A stretch of DNA of 64,000 nucleotides from Verrucomicrobiota bacterium (GTDB taxonomy: Bacteria; Verrucomicrobiota; Lentisphaeria; Lentisphaerales; Lentisphaeraceae), in assembly GCA_039798785.1 (NCBI GenBank), contig JBDKFG010000021.1:1-64000 (forward strand), read 5' to 3'. Positions 19,353 to 29,499 of this stretch are shown here, piece by piece. Under the pieces are notes generated by a model. That model saw only the letters and a program-made list of their open reading frames with translations. It was not told the DNA's origin and did no database searches. Every line of letters starts with the position of its first letter. Position 1 is the first letter of the stretch. A program made the position numbers and the translations under genes.

Positions 19353-21400
19353 ACTTCGATCTCGCGCAGATGCACCGAGCGGTTGACGGAATTGAAATGG
19401 ATTTCGACATGGAGATAGCGGGCGCTGGTTCCATCCGGCAGCATGCAGGTCCAAGGCTTGTCCATCTCAGCCGGGGCGTCGGAGTCTTTTGAGGCGAGAA
19501 GCCGGCGCGGGCCCGCGGGCGAATCAGAAGCCCAGATCCGGAACCGGTAGTAGCGCGGCCCGGGCAGCAGCCAGAGCCGGAGGCGCCCCAAGCTCTCCTT
19601 GCGCCCGAGATCGAGCGACAGGACCCTTGGGAAGTTCGCCGCCGCCCAGTAATCCTCGATCTCCGTCCGGCCGTTGACGGCAAGGGAGGAAAGTCGCTCG
19701 TCATAACCATCCGACCAGACCTTGCAGCCGAGAGCCAGGTTGCTCGGCTTGAGTTCCTCGAAGATCCGCTCCTGCTCCGTCCGGCCACGCTGCCGGGCGA
19801 TCTGGCGGGCAAAATTGCAGTCGGCCCGCAGGCCGACCGGCTGCCGCTCCCTGTCCTCCCGGCCCCGGCGCTCGGCCTGTTTCCAGAGACTCTCCTCGAT
19901 CTCCGGCCCCAGGTACGAATCGCGCAGATGCAAGAGAGAGGTCCGCAGAGGGATGCGGATTCCGGCGAGGACGGAGAGGATGGCGCGCGAGGAAGCGGGG
20001 TCGTCCTTCACTTGCGCCAGAGCGCTGTAGAGGGCCTGGATGGAATAGCCGTCGGCCTGCCACCCGATCTCGTAGATGAATGCATTGAAATTCACGGGGC
20101 TTCTGTCCCCGAGATAGCGAGCGAGGGACAAGTCGCGGCTGTTGCCGCGCCGGCACAGCTCCGCGACCGAAGCTTGATCCGCCCCGCGGCGCAGCTTCAG
20201 CCGCGCGTTCCAGAGGGGCCAGCTATCGATCCGCCCAGCCAAGGGTTCGAGCAGGCGGACGTACTCCTCCGCCTGCGACAGGTCACCGTCGAGATAGACC
20301 CTCTCCAGCTCCCGCAACAGGACTTCGTGATTCTGCATCAGGAGATTGAGGCGGCGCTCCTTCTCCTGCCGCTCGCCTTGCAGAGCCACCTCGAGCTGGC
20401 GCTGCCGCCTCTCTTCGTGCCGGGCATAGACCACGGCCAAACCGAGGAGCAGAAGGAAGATCAGATTGAGCCGGACCACCAGGTTCCGGTGGCGCTGGAT
20501 CAGCAGCTTCACCTGACGGAGCAGCCCCGCCTTCTCCACCTCGGGCGCGAAGCCGCCGAGCCAAGCATACCAGTCGTGCAGCAGCGAGGTCGCATCGATG
20601 TAATCCGACTGTTTGAGGTTCAGGCAATTGCCGATGATCGCCTGCAATCCGTGCTCGAGTCCGGCCAGGCGCCTGCCGACGGGCTCCTGCTTGTCGATCG
20701 GCCGGCCGCAGAAGAGTTCGAGGAGCAGGATGCCGAGGGCATGGAGATCAGCCCTCGCCGGGGAATACTCCGCCGAACGCTGGAACTCGGGAGGCGGCAT
20801 GTACCCCTCCGTCCCGCGGACCAGGCCGCGGAGATGGGGCGAATCGGCGCTCACCGCCATCTCCCAGTCCGTCACCTTGAGGCGCCCCTGGGGGTTGACA
20901 CGGATGTTGTCGGGCTTCAGGTCGAGATGGAAGACGCCTCTTGCGTGGGCGAAGGCGATGACCTCGAGCAGTTGCGTCGCCAGCGGCAGCGCCTGCTCCG
21001 GAGCGAGGCCGTCGCGAAGCCGCTGCAGGAGGGACAGGCCCTCAAGAAACTCCGCCACATAGAAGAGCCGCCCTTCGCGGTCGCGCCCGGCGTCGTAAAG
21101 ACTGGCGACTCCTTCATGGCGGAGATCGGAGTAGAGGCGGATCTCCTGGCGGAAGCGGAATTCCGCGTCGGCGTCAGAGCTGCGGCAGAGAAGCAGGGCG
21201 GCAGGGCGGTGGCAGAGCAGATCCTCCACCTCCCAGCACTCCTTCAAGGCCCCCTCGCCCGCCAGGCGGAGGCGGCGGTAACGGCGGCTCAGGTCCCGGG
21301 AATCCTCTTCGGTTCCCGGCCCCTGGAGGCGTCCGCTCGCCGCCAGGTTCTGCCTGAGGCGGCGAAGGAAGATCTCTTCGTCGTCAGCGTCTTCGTCCAT
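19343..21400 (-). CDS. Membrane Ser/Thr kinase-like protein with C-terminal discoidin/F5-8-like domain
   Basis: AGEGALK, HLDLKPDN, DWE, GTEGYM; TM segment; LSLDLG...RYLHVEI...LREIEVY; GGAGGA SD before ATG 21400. Confidence 0.85.
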   Translation of the reverse strand: MDEDADDEEIFLRRLRQNLAASGRLQGPGTEEDSRDLSRRYRRLRLAGEGALKECWEVEDLLCHRPAALLLCRSSDADAEFRFRQEIRLYSDLRHEGVASLYDAGRDREGRLFYVAEFLEGLSLLQRLRDGLAPEQALPLATQLLEVIAFAHARGVFHLDLKPDNIRVNPQGRLKVTDWEMAVSADSPHLRGLVRGTEGYMPPPEFQRSAEYSPARADLHALGILLLELFCGRPIDKQEPVGRRLAGLEHGLQAIIGNCLNLKQSDYIDATSLLHDWYAWLGGFAPEVEKAGLLRQVKLLIQRHRNLVVRLNLIFLLLLGLAVVYARHEERRQRQLEVALQGERQEKERRLNLLMQNHEVLLRELERVYLDGDLSQAEEYVRLLEPLAGRIDSWPLWNARLKLRRGADQASVAELCRRGNSRDLSLARYLGDRSPVNFNAFIYEIGWQADGYSIQALYSALAQVKDDPASSRAILSVLAGIRIPLRTSLLHLRDSYLGPEIEESLWKQAERRGREDRERQPVGLRADCNFARQIARQRGRTEQERIFEELKPSNLALGCKVWSDGYDERLSSLAVNGRTEIEDYWAAANFPRVLSLDLGRKESLGRLRLWLLPGPRYYRFRIWASDSPAGPRRLLASKDSDAPAEMDKPWTCMLPDGTSARYLHVEIHFNSVNRSVHLREIEVYK

Positions 21401-21511
21401 CACGTCCTCCCGGATGCGGCAAGTATAGACGGCCGCGAAACTTTCGCCTCTCGCCTTTGCCAGCGGCGTCCGGCGCGCTAAAATGCGGCCCCTTCCGAGA
21501 GAGCCACGCCG

Positions 21512-21739
21512 ATGAAGTTCCCGAATCCACCGCCGAGCAGCAGCTTCCCGCTTTCCCGGGATCTCTCCACCTGCCCACTCTGCGGCCAATTCCCGCGGGC
21601 CTACCGGGCTCCTTGGCTGTCCCCAGCCTGGTTCTGGTTCGCCTGCCCCTGCACCAGCACGCCTCCTTCGCGGGTCGACGCCGAGGCCGCGGCCGAGTGG
21701 CAGCGCCTCGCCAGCCTCTCGACTCCGCCGCTTTTCTGA
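21512..21739 (+). CDS. Small Cys-motif protein (CPLC...CPC)
   Basis: 75-aa ORF filling the gap, stop abuts the next gene's stop; zinc-ribbon-like pattern. Confidence 0.4.
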   Translation: MKFPNPPPSSSFPLSRDLSTCPLCGQFPRAYRAPWLSPAWFWFACPCTSTPPSRVDAEAAAEWQRLASLSTPPLF

Positions 21740-21740
21740 C

Positions 21741-22145
21741 TCAGCTCCATTGCTTGCGGGCGAGGAACTCGACCAGGCTGCGGTCGCTGTGGCAGATGTG
21801 CTCGGTCAGCCACTTGCCGAGATAGTCCCGCATCATCCGCGTCGTCGCCTGCTCGTCCTGGGGCGTCTCGCGGGCGAAATCGAGAATCCGCGCCAAATGC
21901 CGACGGAACTCCTCGTGCTGGCGGCAATGCCCTTCGCGCCCAGGATAGCCGCTGCAGCGCATGAACTCCTCCTCGACGGTGAAATGCGAACGGACGTATT
22001 CCTGCAGACGCTCCAGGATCTCGTGCACCGGCTGCCCCGGATGATTGAGACGGTTGATCAGGCGGATCAGCTCCTCATGCTCGGCGTCGACCAAGGCGTT
22101 GCCGAGACGGTAGCGGGCCGGATCGAGATCGGCGGGATGTTCCAT
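21741..22145 (-). CDS. Bacteriohemerythrin
   Basis: VDAEH, HFTVEE.FM, YP...H...H, WL.EHI...D di-iron ligands. Confidence 0.92.
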   Translation of the reverse strand: MEHPADLDPARYRLGNALVDAEHEELIRLINRLNHPGQPVHEILERLQEYVRSHFTVEEEFMRCSGYPGREGHCRQHEEFRRHLARILDFARETPQDEQATTRMMRDYLGKWLTEHICHSDRSLVEFLARKQWS

Positions 22146-22327
22146 GGACTTTCCTCGGGCTTCAGGGGTTGAGCAAAATCTCCTGCAGACTAGTATAGCC
22201 CCGTTGCGAAGAAGAAAGCAAGCTCCCTCCTTGCGGCCGAGAGATTCCCCCGCCGGAAGCAGGCGGCGGCGGCGAATCCGGCTACATTCCCCGCCTCACC
22301 ACCAACCTTCAGCGGCAGCTACGCACC

Positions 22328-23203
22328 ATGCACGACTTCCTCCTCCGCGGCCTGATCCCAGAGATCGCCGTCCGATTCACCTGCGCCGACGTCGGCGCCC
22401 TCTGCAACGAAATCCTGATCAAGCACGACTGCGACCCTCTCAGCGGCTACATCCTCTGTCGCGGCCTCGCCGCCGGGGCCCTCGAGATCCCCCTCCTCGA
22501 CCCGGGCGAACGCTGCAGCGTCACCTGGAACTACCCGGGACCGATCCGCCGCATCGTCGTCGACTTCAGCGCCACGGGCGAACTGCGCGGCTACACCGGC
22601 GCCAAGGAGCTGGTCGGCAAGGTCGCCAGCATCGCCCAGGCCTACGGCGAGGATGACGGCCAGCTCAGCGTCGTCCGCAGCCGCGAGGAACGCCAGGTCG
22701 GCTCCTCGCTCTGCGCCGGCAAGCTGCTGGAAGTGGCCGACGACCTCGCCTACTTCCACTCGGTGTCGGAACAGATCGAGACCGACATCTGCGTCGCCCT
22801 CCGCTTCAACCCCGACCCCAACTATCCGGTCAGCCTCTGCCGCGGCATCCTCCTCCAGGCCCTCCCTGGCTGCGACCACGAAAAGCTCGGCCTCCTGCGC
22901 GACGCCCTCCGCCGTCCCGAAGCCCAGGCCATCCTCGAGGAGAAGGGCGACGGCGACGAGTCCCGCTTCGAACGCCTCCTCCATCTCCTTCTCAGCACCT
23001 GTACCGGCACCAGCTACCAGCTCTTCCCCGCCGCGCAGCCCCGCTTCCAGTGCCGCTGCTCGGAAAGCAAGACCCTCGACATGCTCGCCTGCCTGCCCCC
23101 CGAGGAGATCGCCGCCATCAAGGCCGAAGGCAAGCCCCTCCGCATCTCCTGCGCCTTCTGCTCCCACACCTACAGCATCGCCCCGGAGCGCCTCCGCGGA
23201 TGA
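22328..23203 (+). CDS. hslO: Hsp33 redox-regulated chaperone
   Basis: YF..SEQ.ET, GILLQALPG, CRCS...CAFC zinc switch. Confidence 0.92.
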   Translation: MHDFLLRGLIPEIAVRFTCADVGALCNEILIKHDCDPLSGYILCRGLAAGALEIPLLDPGERCSVTWNYPGPIRRIVVDFSATGELRGYTGAKELVGKVASIAQAYGEDDGQLSVVRSREERQVGSSLCAGKLLEVADDLAYFHSVSEQIETDICVALRFNPDPNYPVSLCRGILLQALPGCDHEKLGLLRDALRRPEAQAILEEKGDGDESRFERLLHLLLSTCTGTSYQLFPAAQPRFQCRCSESKTLDMLACLPPEEIAAIKAEGKPLRISCAFCSHTYSIAPERLRG

Positions 23204-23784
23204 GCCGCTGGCGCTGGGGCGAAGCCTGGGCCGAACACTTCCCCGGCCGCTTCGCCCAGCTCGACTACGCCAGCTTCACAGCGGCGACGGAGTGGGAACA
23301 GGGAAGCTTCCGCATCTTCGGCAAAGAGACGCCCATGCCCCGGCTCAGCGCCTGGTTCGCCCGCGACGGACTCAGCTACCGCTACTCCGGCCAGCAACAC
23401 CGCACCCAAGCCTGGGAAGGCCCCCTCGCCAGCCTCGGCGCCGAGCTCGGCAGCCTCTGCGGCGCCGAGTTCAACTCCTGCCTCGCCAACCTCTACCGCG
23501 ACGGCCGCGACTCGATGGGCTGGCACGCCGACGACGAGAAATCCCTCGGCCCCGCCCCGCTCATAGCCTCGATCAGCCTCGGCGCCAGCCGCCGCTTCCA
23601 GCTGCGCGAACGCAACACCCGGACGAAAATGCTCGAACTCGAACTCGCCCACGGCGACCTGCTGCTGATGGGCGGCAACCTGCAGCAGATGACACAGCAC
23701 CGCATCCCCCGCCAGCCACGAATCGCCCAACCTCGCCTCAACCTCACCTACCGGCACATCCTAGCCGGCAAGACCAGCACCTGA
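23200..23784 (+). CDS. AlkB-family 2OG-Fe(II) dioxygenase (ALKBH2/3-like)
   Basis: PRL.AW, NLYRDGRDSMGWHADDE, IASISLG, H...RLNLTYR; ATGA overlap with hslO. Confidence 0.92.
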   Translation: MSRWRWGEAWAEHFPGRFAQLDYASFTAATEWEQGSFRIFGKETPMPRLSAWFARDGLSYRYSGQQHRTQAWEGPLASLGAELGSLCGAEFNSCLANLYRDGRDSMGWHADDEKSLGPAPLIASISLGASRRFQLRERNTRTKMLELELAHGDLLLMGGNLQQMTQHRIPRQPRIAQPRLNLTYRHILAGKTST

Positions 23785-24097
23785 GCTCATGGAGGGTTCA
23801 CGCTTCACAGGATATCGAGTTCAAGAATTGAGCTGCTTGATAATCTCGAGAGTCACGAGTTGATAATGGAGAAGACGAAAAATCGCCGGGAGATTGCCGC
23901 CCTGGCCTAGAGCCAGCCGAGAACGAACACAGCGGCAGGAGACTGCCGCGCTCCCTGGAAACAAGGGGCCACGGAGCCCCCCCCCTTAAAAGCCCCAAAA
24001 CCCCTAAAACCCCTGAAAAGACTGATTGCATGCGGCGGCGAGCGTCTTAAAGTGGGCAGCGACATTCGGACCTTAGAAAATCCACGGAGTTCAGGAC

Positions 24098-24985
24098 ATG
24101 GCGAAAATCATCGACGGCAAGGCGATCGCGGCGGAAGTGATCTCGGAATTGAAGGCGGAAACCGCTAGACTCGCCAGCCATGGCGTCGTCCCGGGGCTTG
24201 CCGTCGTACTCGTCGGCGACGATCCCGCATCGCAAGTCTACGTCGCCAGCAAGGAGAAGACGGCCCGCGAACTCGGCTTCCGCTCCGACAAGATCGTCCT
24301 CGCCAAGGACGCCACCCAGGCCGAGCTGATGCGCGTCGTCGAAGATCTCAACAACGACCCCGGCATACACGGCATCCTGGTGCAGAGCCCCCCTCCCCCG
24401 CAGATCAACGAAGAAGCCGTCATCCTCGCCATCGACCCCGCCAAGGACGTCGACTGCTTCCATCCCTTCAACGTCGGCAAGATGCTCACCGGCGCCCACG
24501 ACGGCTTCCACCCCTGCACCCCCGCCGGCGTCATGGTCCTCCTCGAACGCTCCGGCATCGACACCGCCGGCAAACACGCCGTCGTCATCGGCCGCTCCAA
24601 CATCGTCGGCAAGCCGATGGCCGCCCTGCTGATGCAGAAGGGCAAGAACGCCGACGCCACCGTCACCATCGTCCACTCGCGCACCAAAAACCTAGCCGAA
24701 CACGTCGCCCGCGCCGACATCGTCGTCGCCGCCATCGGCAAGCCGGAATTTGTCCGCGGCGACATGATCAAGGAAGGCGCCGTCGTGATCGACGTCGGCA
24801 TCAACCGCATCGCCGACGCCACGACCAAATCGGGCACCCGCCTGGTCGGCGACTGCGCCTACGCCGAATGCGCCGCCAAGGCGAGCGCCATCACCCCCGT
24901 GCCCGGCGGCGTCGGCCCGATGACCATCGCCATGCTGATGCGCAACACCCTCACCGCCTGCCGCCGCGCCCACGGCCTGGCCTGA
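24098..24985 (+). CDS. folD: Methylenetetrahydrofolate dehydrogenase/cyclohydrolase
   Basis: [37 protein letters not shown]. Confidence 0.97.
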   Translation: MAKIIDGKAIAAEVISELKAETARLASHGVVPGLAVVLVGDDPASQVYVASKEKTARELGFRSDKIVLAKDATQAELMRVVEDLNNDPGIHGILVQSPPPPQINEEAVILAIDPAKDVDCFHPFNVGKMLTGAHDGFHPCTPAGVMVLLERSGIDTAGKHAVVIGRSNIVGKPMAALLMQKGKNADATVTIVHSRTKNLAEHVARADIVVAAIGKPEFVRGDMIKEGAVVIDVGINRIADATTKSGTRLVGDCAYAECAAKASAITPVPGGVGPMTIAMLMRNTLTACRRAHGLA

Positions 24986-24988
24986 GAA

Positions 24989-25129
24989 GAGGTTGAAAAG
25001 TTGAAAGGTTCAAAGGCGAGCTCATGAACGGCATCCAGCCACATCCTGCGCCACGATCCTCCCTCCCGAATCTGACCTGCCTCTTCGCCCCTGCCGCCTC
25101 TCCTTTCAACCGTCCAACCTTTCAACCTC
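24989..25129. repeat. Inverted pair of octamer (ggttgaaa) tandem arrays
   Basis: gaggttgaaaagttgaaaggttcaaagg versus cctttcaaccgtccaacctttcaacctc. Confidence 0.8.
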
Positions 25130-25140
25130 GGTCATAGCTC

Positions 25141-26526
25141 ATGAGCCACTCCGGCATCGACCCCAACGCCACCGCCGTCGTCCGCGCCCTCCGTCAGGCC
25201 GGCTACGAGACCTACATCGTCGGCGGCGCCGTGCGCGACCTCCTCACCGGAATGAAGCCGAAGGACTTCGACATCTCGACGATGGCGACGCCGGAAGAGG
25301 TGAAGCGGATCTTCGGCCGCAGCGCCCAGATCATCGGCCGCCGCTTCAAGATCGTCCACGTCCACAAAGGCCGCCACGTCTACGAAGTCAGCACCTTCCG
25401 CCGCACCCCCACCGCCGATGAACGCAAACAGCGCGACAACGACGACGGCGTCATGGTCTGGTCGGACAACTGCTGGGGTTCGCCGCGGGAAGACGCCTGG
25501 CGCCGCGACTTCACCGTCAACGCCCTCTTCCTCGATCCCCTCGACGACGACTGCATCATCGATTTCTGCCAGGGACGCCAGGACGTCGAGGCCGGCATCG
25601 TCCGCAGCCTCGGGGACCCGATGGTGCGCTTCGGCGAAGACCCGGTGCGGATGCTGCGCGCCCTGAAGCTGGTGGCGCAGCACGAATTCCGCCTGAACGA
25701 CGACGTCGCCGCGGCGATCCGCGACCTCGCACCCCTTCTCGCCCAGGTGTCGCAGCGCCGCCTCTACGAGGAGATCCTCAAGCTCACCCACAAGCCCTAC
25801 CTGTCGCGCATGCTCGAGCTCTGCGACGAATATGGCCTGCTCGAACATCTCCTGCCCCGCGCCGCCAAGCTCTTCAACGACGAGGACGAACGCGACGCGG
25901 TGCTGCACCTGCTCACTCTTCGCGATGAACGCATCGAGCACGGCGCCAGCCTGTCGCGCGCCTATTCCCTTGCCGCTCTCTGCTACCGATGGGTCGAAAT
26001 CCGCCTCAATCACGGCTCGAAGTTCGGCGACGGCTGGGATTCCTATGCCGGCCATGATCATGACATCCGCGATGCGGTGGAGGAGTTCATGGCTCCCCAC
26101 AACGTCACCCGCCTGATCGCGGCGCGGGTCCGCGACACCCTCATCCTGGTGCAGCGCATCCGCCACGGCGGCAAGGCTCTCAAGCGCCTCCAGCGCCACC
26201 CCGACTGGCGCTACGCCGTCCTCCTCTACGAAACCCTCGCCGACATCTTCGACTGGCCGGAAGTGCCGATCCATGAAGGCGGCCACAGCTTCCATCACCG
26301 CGACGACGGGGACGCCCTGGACGACGAAGACGACGAGCACGCCGGCAACGACGACGAAGAGGACGACGAAGACGACAAGGACGAAGAGGACGCCGACGAG
26401 AGCGCCCCCCCCGCTCCGGGCGCAATCAGCGGCGAAACCCAGTCGGGCAAACCCAAGCGCAAGCGCCGCCGACGCCGCAAGAAGAAGAAATCCACGGGAG
26501 ACACCGCCCCCGGAGGTGAAGCGTGA
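25141..26526 (+). CDS. pcnB: Poly(A) polymerase I
   Basis: VGGAVRD, DFDI, IIGRRF.IVHV (PAP signature), RRDFTVNAL, EDPVRMLRA. Confidence 0.9.
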   Translation: MSHSGIDPNATAVVRALRQAGYETYIVGGAVRDLLTGMKPKDFDISTMATPEEVKRIFGRSAQIIGRRFKIVHVHKGRHVYEVSTFRRTPTADERKQRDNDDGVMVWSDNCWGSPREDAWRRDFTVNALFLDPLDDDCIIDFCQGRQDVEAGIVRSLGDPMVRFGEDPVRMLRALKLVAQHEFRLNDDVAAAIRDLAPLLAQVSQRRLYEEILKLTHKPYLSRMLELCDEYGLLEHLLPRAAKLFNDEDERDAVLHLLTLRDERIEHGASLSRAYSLAALCYRWVEIRLNHGSKFGDGWDSYAGHDHDIRDAVEEFMAPHNVTRLIAARVRDTLILVQRIRHGGKALKRLQRHPDWRYAVLLYETLADIFDWPEVPIHEGGHSFHHRDDGDALDDEDDEHAGNDDEEDDEDDKDEEDADESAPPAPGAISGETQSGKPKRKRRRRRKKKKSTGDTAPGGEA

Positions 26527-27566
26527 TCCGCAGCCTGTTCAAATTGATCGTCATCCTCCTGCCTCTCAGCTTGGCGGTCTATGCCGCCGGCCGTTACAGC
26601 GAAGAACGCAACAACGCCCGCCTGATGGCTCAGCCAAAACAGGTCGAAGAGCGGGCCAAAATCGCCGAAAAGACCGAGCTCCCCGAAGCCAAGCCCAAGC
26701 CCCAGGAGCCTGTGCGGGCCATCGCCCTGGTCAACGAACTCGCCTTCGCCAGAATCCCCGGCGCCGCGCAACCCAATGTCAGCAGGGTCCGGAGCGGCGT
26801 CGCCATCGACCTGGTCAAACGCCGCGTCCTCTGGGCCAAAAACGCCGACGCCGTGGCGCCGGTGGCTTCTCTGTCGAAGATGCTGACCACTCTGATCGGT
26901 CTCGAAGCTTGCGCCGAAGGCGGCAAGCTCAAGCTCAGCTCGATGATCCCGATCAGCGCCGCCGCACGCGGCACCGAGGACAGCAGCTTCCTGCGCAAAT
27001 ATCCGAACAAGACGGTCAGCATGGAAGAACTGATGCTCTCCGCCATGGTCCACTCTTGCAATGATTCCTGCGTATCGATCGCCGAGGCGATCGACGGCGA
27101 TGTCGCCCGCTTCGCCAAGCGCATGAACGAACGCGCCAAGAACCTCGGCATCAAGATCGGCCCCAATGCCGCCAACTTCTACAACGCCAATGGACTGCCG
27201 CTGCGCCGCGAGGGAGTCGAAGTGGCCCAGAACTCCTGCAGCGTCAACGACCTCTTCCGGGTGACGATGGAGCTTCACAAGCATCCGAAGGTCTTCTCAT
27301 GGACCCGCAAGCCGGAATGGCGGGTGCCTGCCGGCGCCAAGAACGGCGTCCTGGTGACCAACACCAACCCCTTGGTCGGCCAAGAGGGCGTCATCGGCCT
27401 GAAGACCGGCTTCACCTACGCCGCCGGCTGGTGCATCTGCTGCGTCTACAACAGCGGCGGCACCCACGTCGCCGTCATCGTCACCGGCTGCCCGAGCAAA
27501 GCCGCCCGCAACAGCGCCGCCGCCGAAGTCCTCTCCTGGTCGAAAAAGGCGGCGAAACAGCCGTGA
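26523..27566 (+). CDS. dacA: D-alanyl-D-alanine carboxypeptidase (peptidase S11)
   Basis: SLSK, SCN, KTG motifs; N-terminal signal/TM. Confidence 0.88.
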   Translation: MIRSLFKLIVILLPLSLAVYAAGRYSEERNNARLMAQPKQVEERAKIAEKTELPEAKPKPQEPVRAIALVNELAFARIPGAAQPNVSRVRSGVAIDLVKRRVLWAKNADAVAPVASLSKMLTTLIGLEACAEGGKLKLSSMIPISAAARGTEDSSFLRKYPNKTVSMEELMLSAMVHSCNDSCVSIAEAIDGDVARFAKRMNERAKNLGIKIGPNAANFYNANGLPLRREGVEVAQNSCSVNDLFRVTMELHKHPKVFSWTRKPEWRVPAGAKNGVLVTNTNPLVGQEGVIGLKTGFTYAAGWCICCVYNSGGTHVAVIVTGCPSKAARNSAAAEVLSWSKKAAKQP

Positions 27567-27691
27567 GGCCGGCTCTTTCGCTCAAGGGGCTTACCGTCAA
27601 AGGATCCCAGCAAGTCGGGACTTCATTGACGTGATTGACCGGGTTGACACTATGGAAAGCGGACGTCCATGAAAGCCTCCTCTTTACTTAA

Positions 27692-28081
27692 TTAATCCAC
27701 ATGCTGCCGGCAATGCCCTATCCGCGATTCTATTTCATCCATCACTTGATTCCAGAAGATCCGCATGCAGCGAGCGGAACAAAAATACACCCGACCCTGA
27801 CCTCGCGGTACATCCGCGAGAATGTTGATATTCAAGAACTCGTGATCATCGGCTTGGCGCAGCCCAAATGCACTGTACCAAGATACCGAAAGCGAATTCC
27901 GTAAATCCGTGACGTCGCTTGTCGCCAATTCGAGGCAAATCGATTCTTGTCGTTGGATCTCTTGTTGCAAGCCGCATTGATAACAAGCACAGTCTTGCGG
28001 GTAATCCCCGTGCTTACAACTAGTCGTTAGTGGCAAATTCATCTTGGGAATCTTGGGCCAGTGCGCATGCGTCACCTTCAA
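27692..28081 (-). CDS. Hypothetical Cys-rich protein, low GC
   Basis: 129-aa ORF whose TTG start overlaps the hom stop; CACYQC, CSARC. Confidence 0.5.
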   Translation of the reverse strand: MKVTHAHWPKIPKMNLPLTTSCKHGDYPQDCACYQCGLQQEIQRQESICLELATSDVTDLRNSLSVSWYSAFGLRQADDHEFLNINILADVPRGQGRVYFCSARCMRIFWNQVMDEIESRIGHCRQHVD

Positions 28082-29379
28082 TCCAGATCATCCAGCCGAT
28101 AGATGGTGACCTTGCCGTCGGTGACCGAGAGGCGCTCGATCGCTTCCCGGGCGGCTTCGATCTGGGCCCGGCTGGCCTTGTGGGTGAGGATCATCGTCGG
28201 GATGGCGCCGTCGGCGCCGGGCTTGTGCGAGATCGAGCTGATGCTGACGCCGGAGTCGCCGATGGCACCGCAGACGTGGGCGAGGGTCTTGGGGGTGTCG
28301 AGCACCGAGAAGCGGATGTACCAGCGGGAGAAGGCTTCGCTGTGCGGAGCGAGGCCGGTGCAGCCGTTGAAGCGGGTGAAGCCGGATTGCCAGGCAAGCG
28401 TGCCGGAGGACAAGGCCCAGCCGGCCTCGAGCAGGTCGGCGAGGACCGCCGAGGCGGTGGCATCGCGTCCCGCGCCCTGGCCGTAGAACATGGTGTCGCC
28501 GACGACGTCGCCGCAGATCTTGATGCCGTTGTAGGCGTTCATGGTGGTGCCGATGGGCGAGTCTTCGGGGACGAGGGTAGGCTCGACCGCGATGTTGACC
28601 CGTCCCTGGCTGTCCTTGCGGATGTTGGCAAGGAGCTTGATGCGGTAGCCGGATTGCGCGGCGAATTCCATGTCGGTGACGGCCATGTCGCGGATGCCGC
28701 GGGTGTAGACGAGGTCGGAGTGGAACCAGTTGCCGTAGGCGAGGGAGGCGAGGATGGCGGCCTTGTGCGAGGCGTCGCCGCCGTCGACGTCGAGGGTCGG
28801 GTCGGCTTCGGCGTAGCCCATTTCCTGGGCCTTGGCCAAGGCGGTGGCGAAGCTGGCGCCCTTGCCCATTTGCGACAGGATGTAGTTGCTGGTGCCGTTG
28901 AGGATGGCGCGGATGGAAAGGATGTCGTTGCCGGCGAGGCCTTCGCGGAGGACCTTGAGGATGGGGATGCCGCCGGCGACCGAGGCTTCATAGAAGACGC
29001 CGGCGTGGCTGCTGGACGCGGCGGCGAAGATCTCGCTGCCGAACTCGCAGATCAGCGCCTTGTTGGCGGTGACCACAGGCTTGCCGAGACGCAGGGCTTC
29101 CATCACCACTTCGCGGGCGACGCTGGTGCCGCCAATGAGTTCGACGACGATGTCGACCTTGGGATTGCGGACCACGGCCATCGGATCGGTGCCGATCTCG
29201 ACTCCTTCCAGATTGCAATCGCGCTTGGCATCGAGGCGGCGGACCGCGGCGGCGACGGGAGTGAGCTTGAGACCGCTGCGCGAGCTGATCAGGCCGCCGT
29301 TCTTGCGCAGAGCGTCGACGACGCCCGAAGCGACGGTGCCCATGCCGATGAAGCCGAGGCGGTATTCCTTGATGTCCAT
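28078..29379 (-). CDS. hom: Homoserine dehydrogenase with C-terminal ACT domain
   Basis: GMGTVA, VVTANKA, EASVAGGIP, LNGTSNYIL, GYAEADP, GQGAG. Confidence 0.96.
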   Translation of the reverse strand: MDIKEYRLGFIGMGTVASGVVDALRKNGGLISSRSGLKLTPVAAAVRRLDAKRDCNLEGVEIGTDPMAVVRNPKVDIVVELIGGTSVAREVVMEALRLGKPVVTANKALICEFGSEIFAAASSSHAGVFYEASVAGGIPILKVLREGLAGNDILSIRAILNGTSNYILSQMGKGASFATALAKAQEMGYAEADPTLDVDGGDASHKAAILASLAYGNWFHSDLVYTRGIRDMAVTDMEFAAQSGYRIKLLANIRKDSQGRVNIAVEPTLVPEDSPIGTTMNAYNGIKICGDVVGDTMFYGQGAGRDATASAVLADLLEAGWALSSGTLAWQSGFTRFNGCTGLAPHSEAFSRWYIRFSVLDTPKTLAHVCGAIGDSGVSISSISHKPGADGAIPTMILTHKASRAQIEAAREAIERLSVTDGKVTIYRLDDLD

Positions 29380-29499
29380 GAGGGATTTCCTTAGATTTTG
29401 AAGAGAGGCCGACAATGAAGCAGCCGCGGCGAAAATTGCCGCTGCCGTTGACAGACTTTAAGACAATCCGGAAAGACAGCAGCATTCCTGCGTCTTGAA

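Noticed and set aside
23932..24020. GAGA-tetraloop hairpin and 9-mer cccYaaaa repeats upstream of folD, considered as a ZTP/THF riboswitch
   Set aside because: The conserved aptamer sequences of those classes are not recognisable by eye; an Rfam cmscan would settle it
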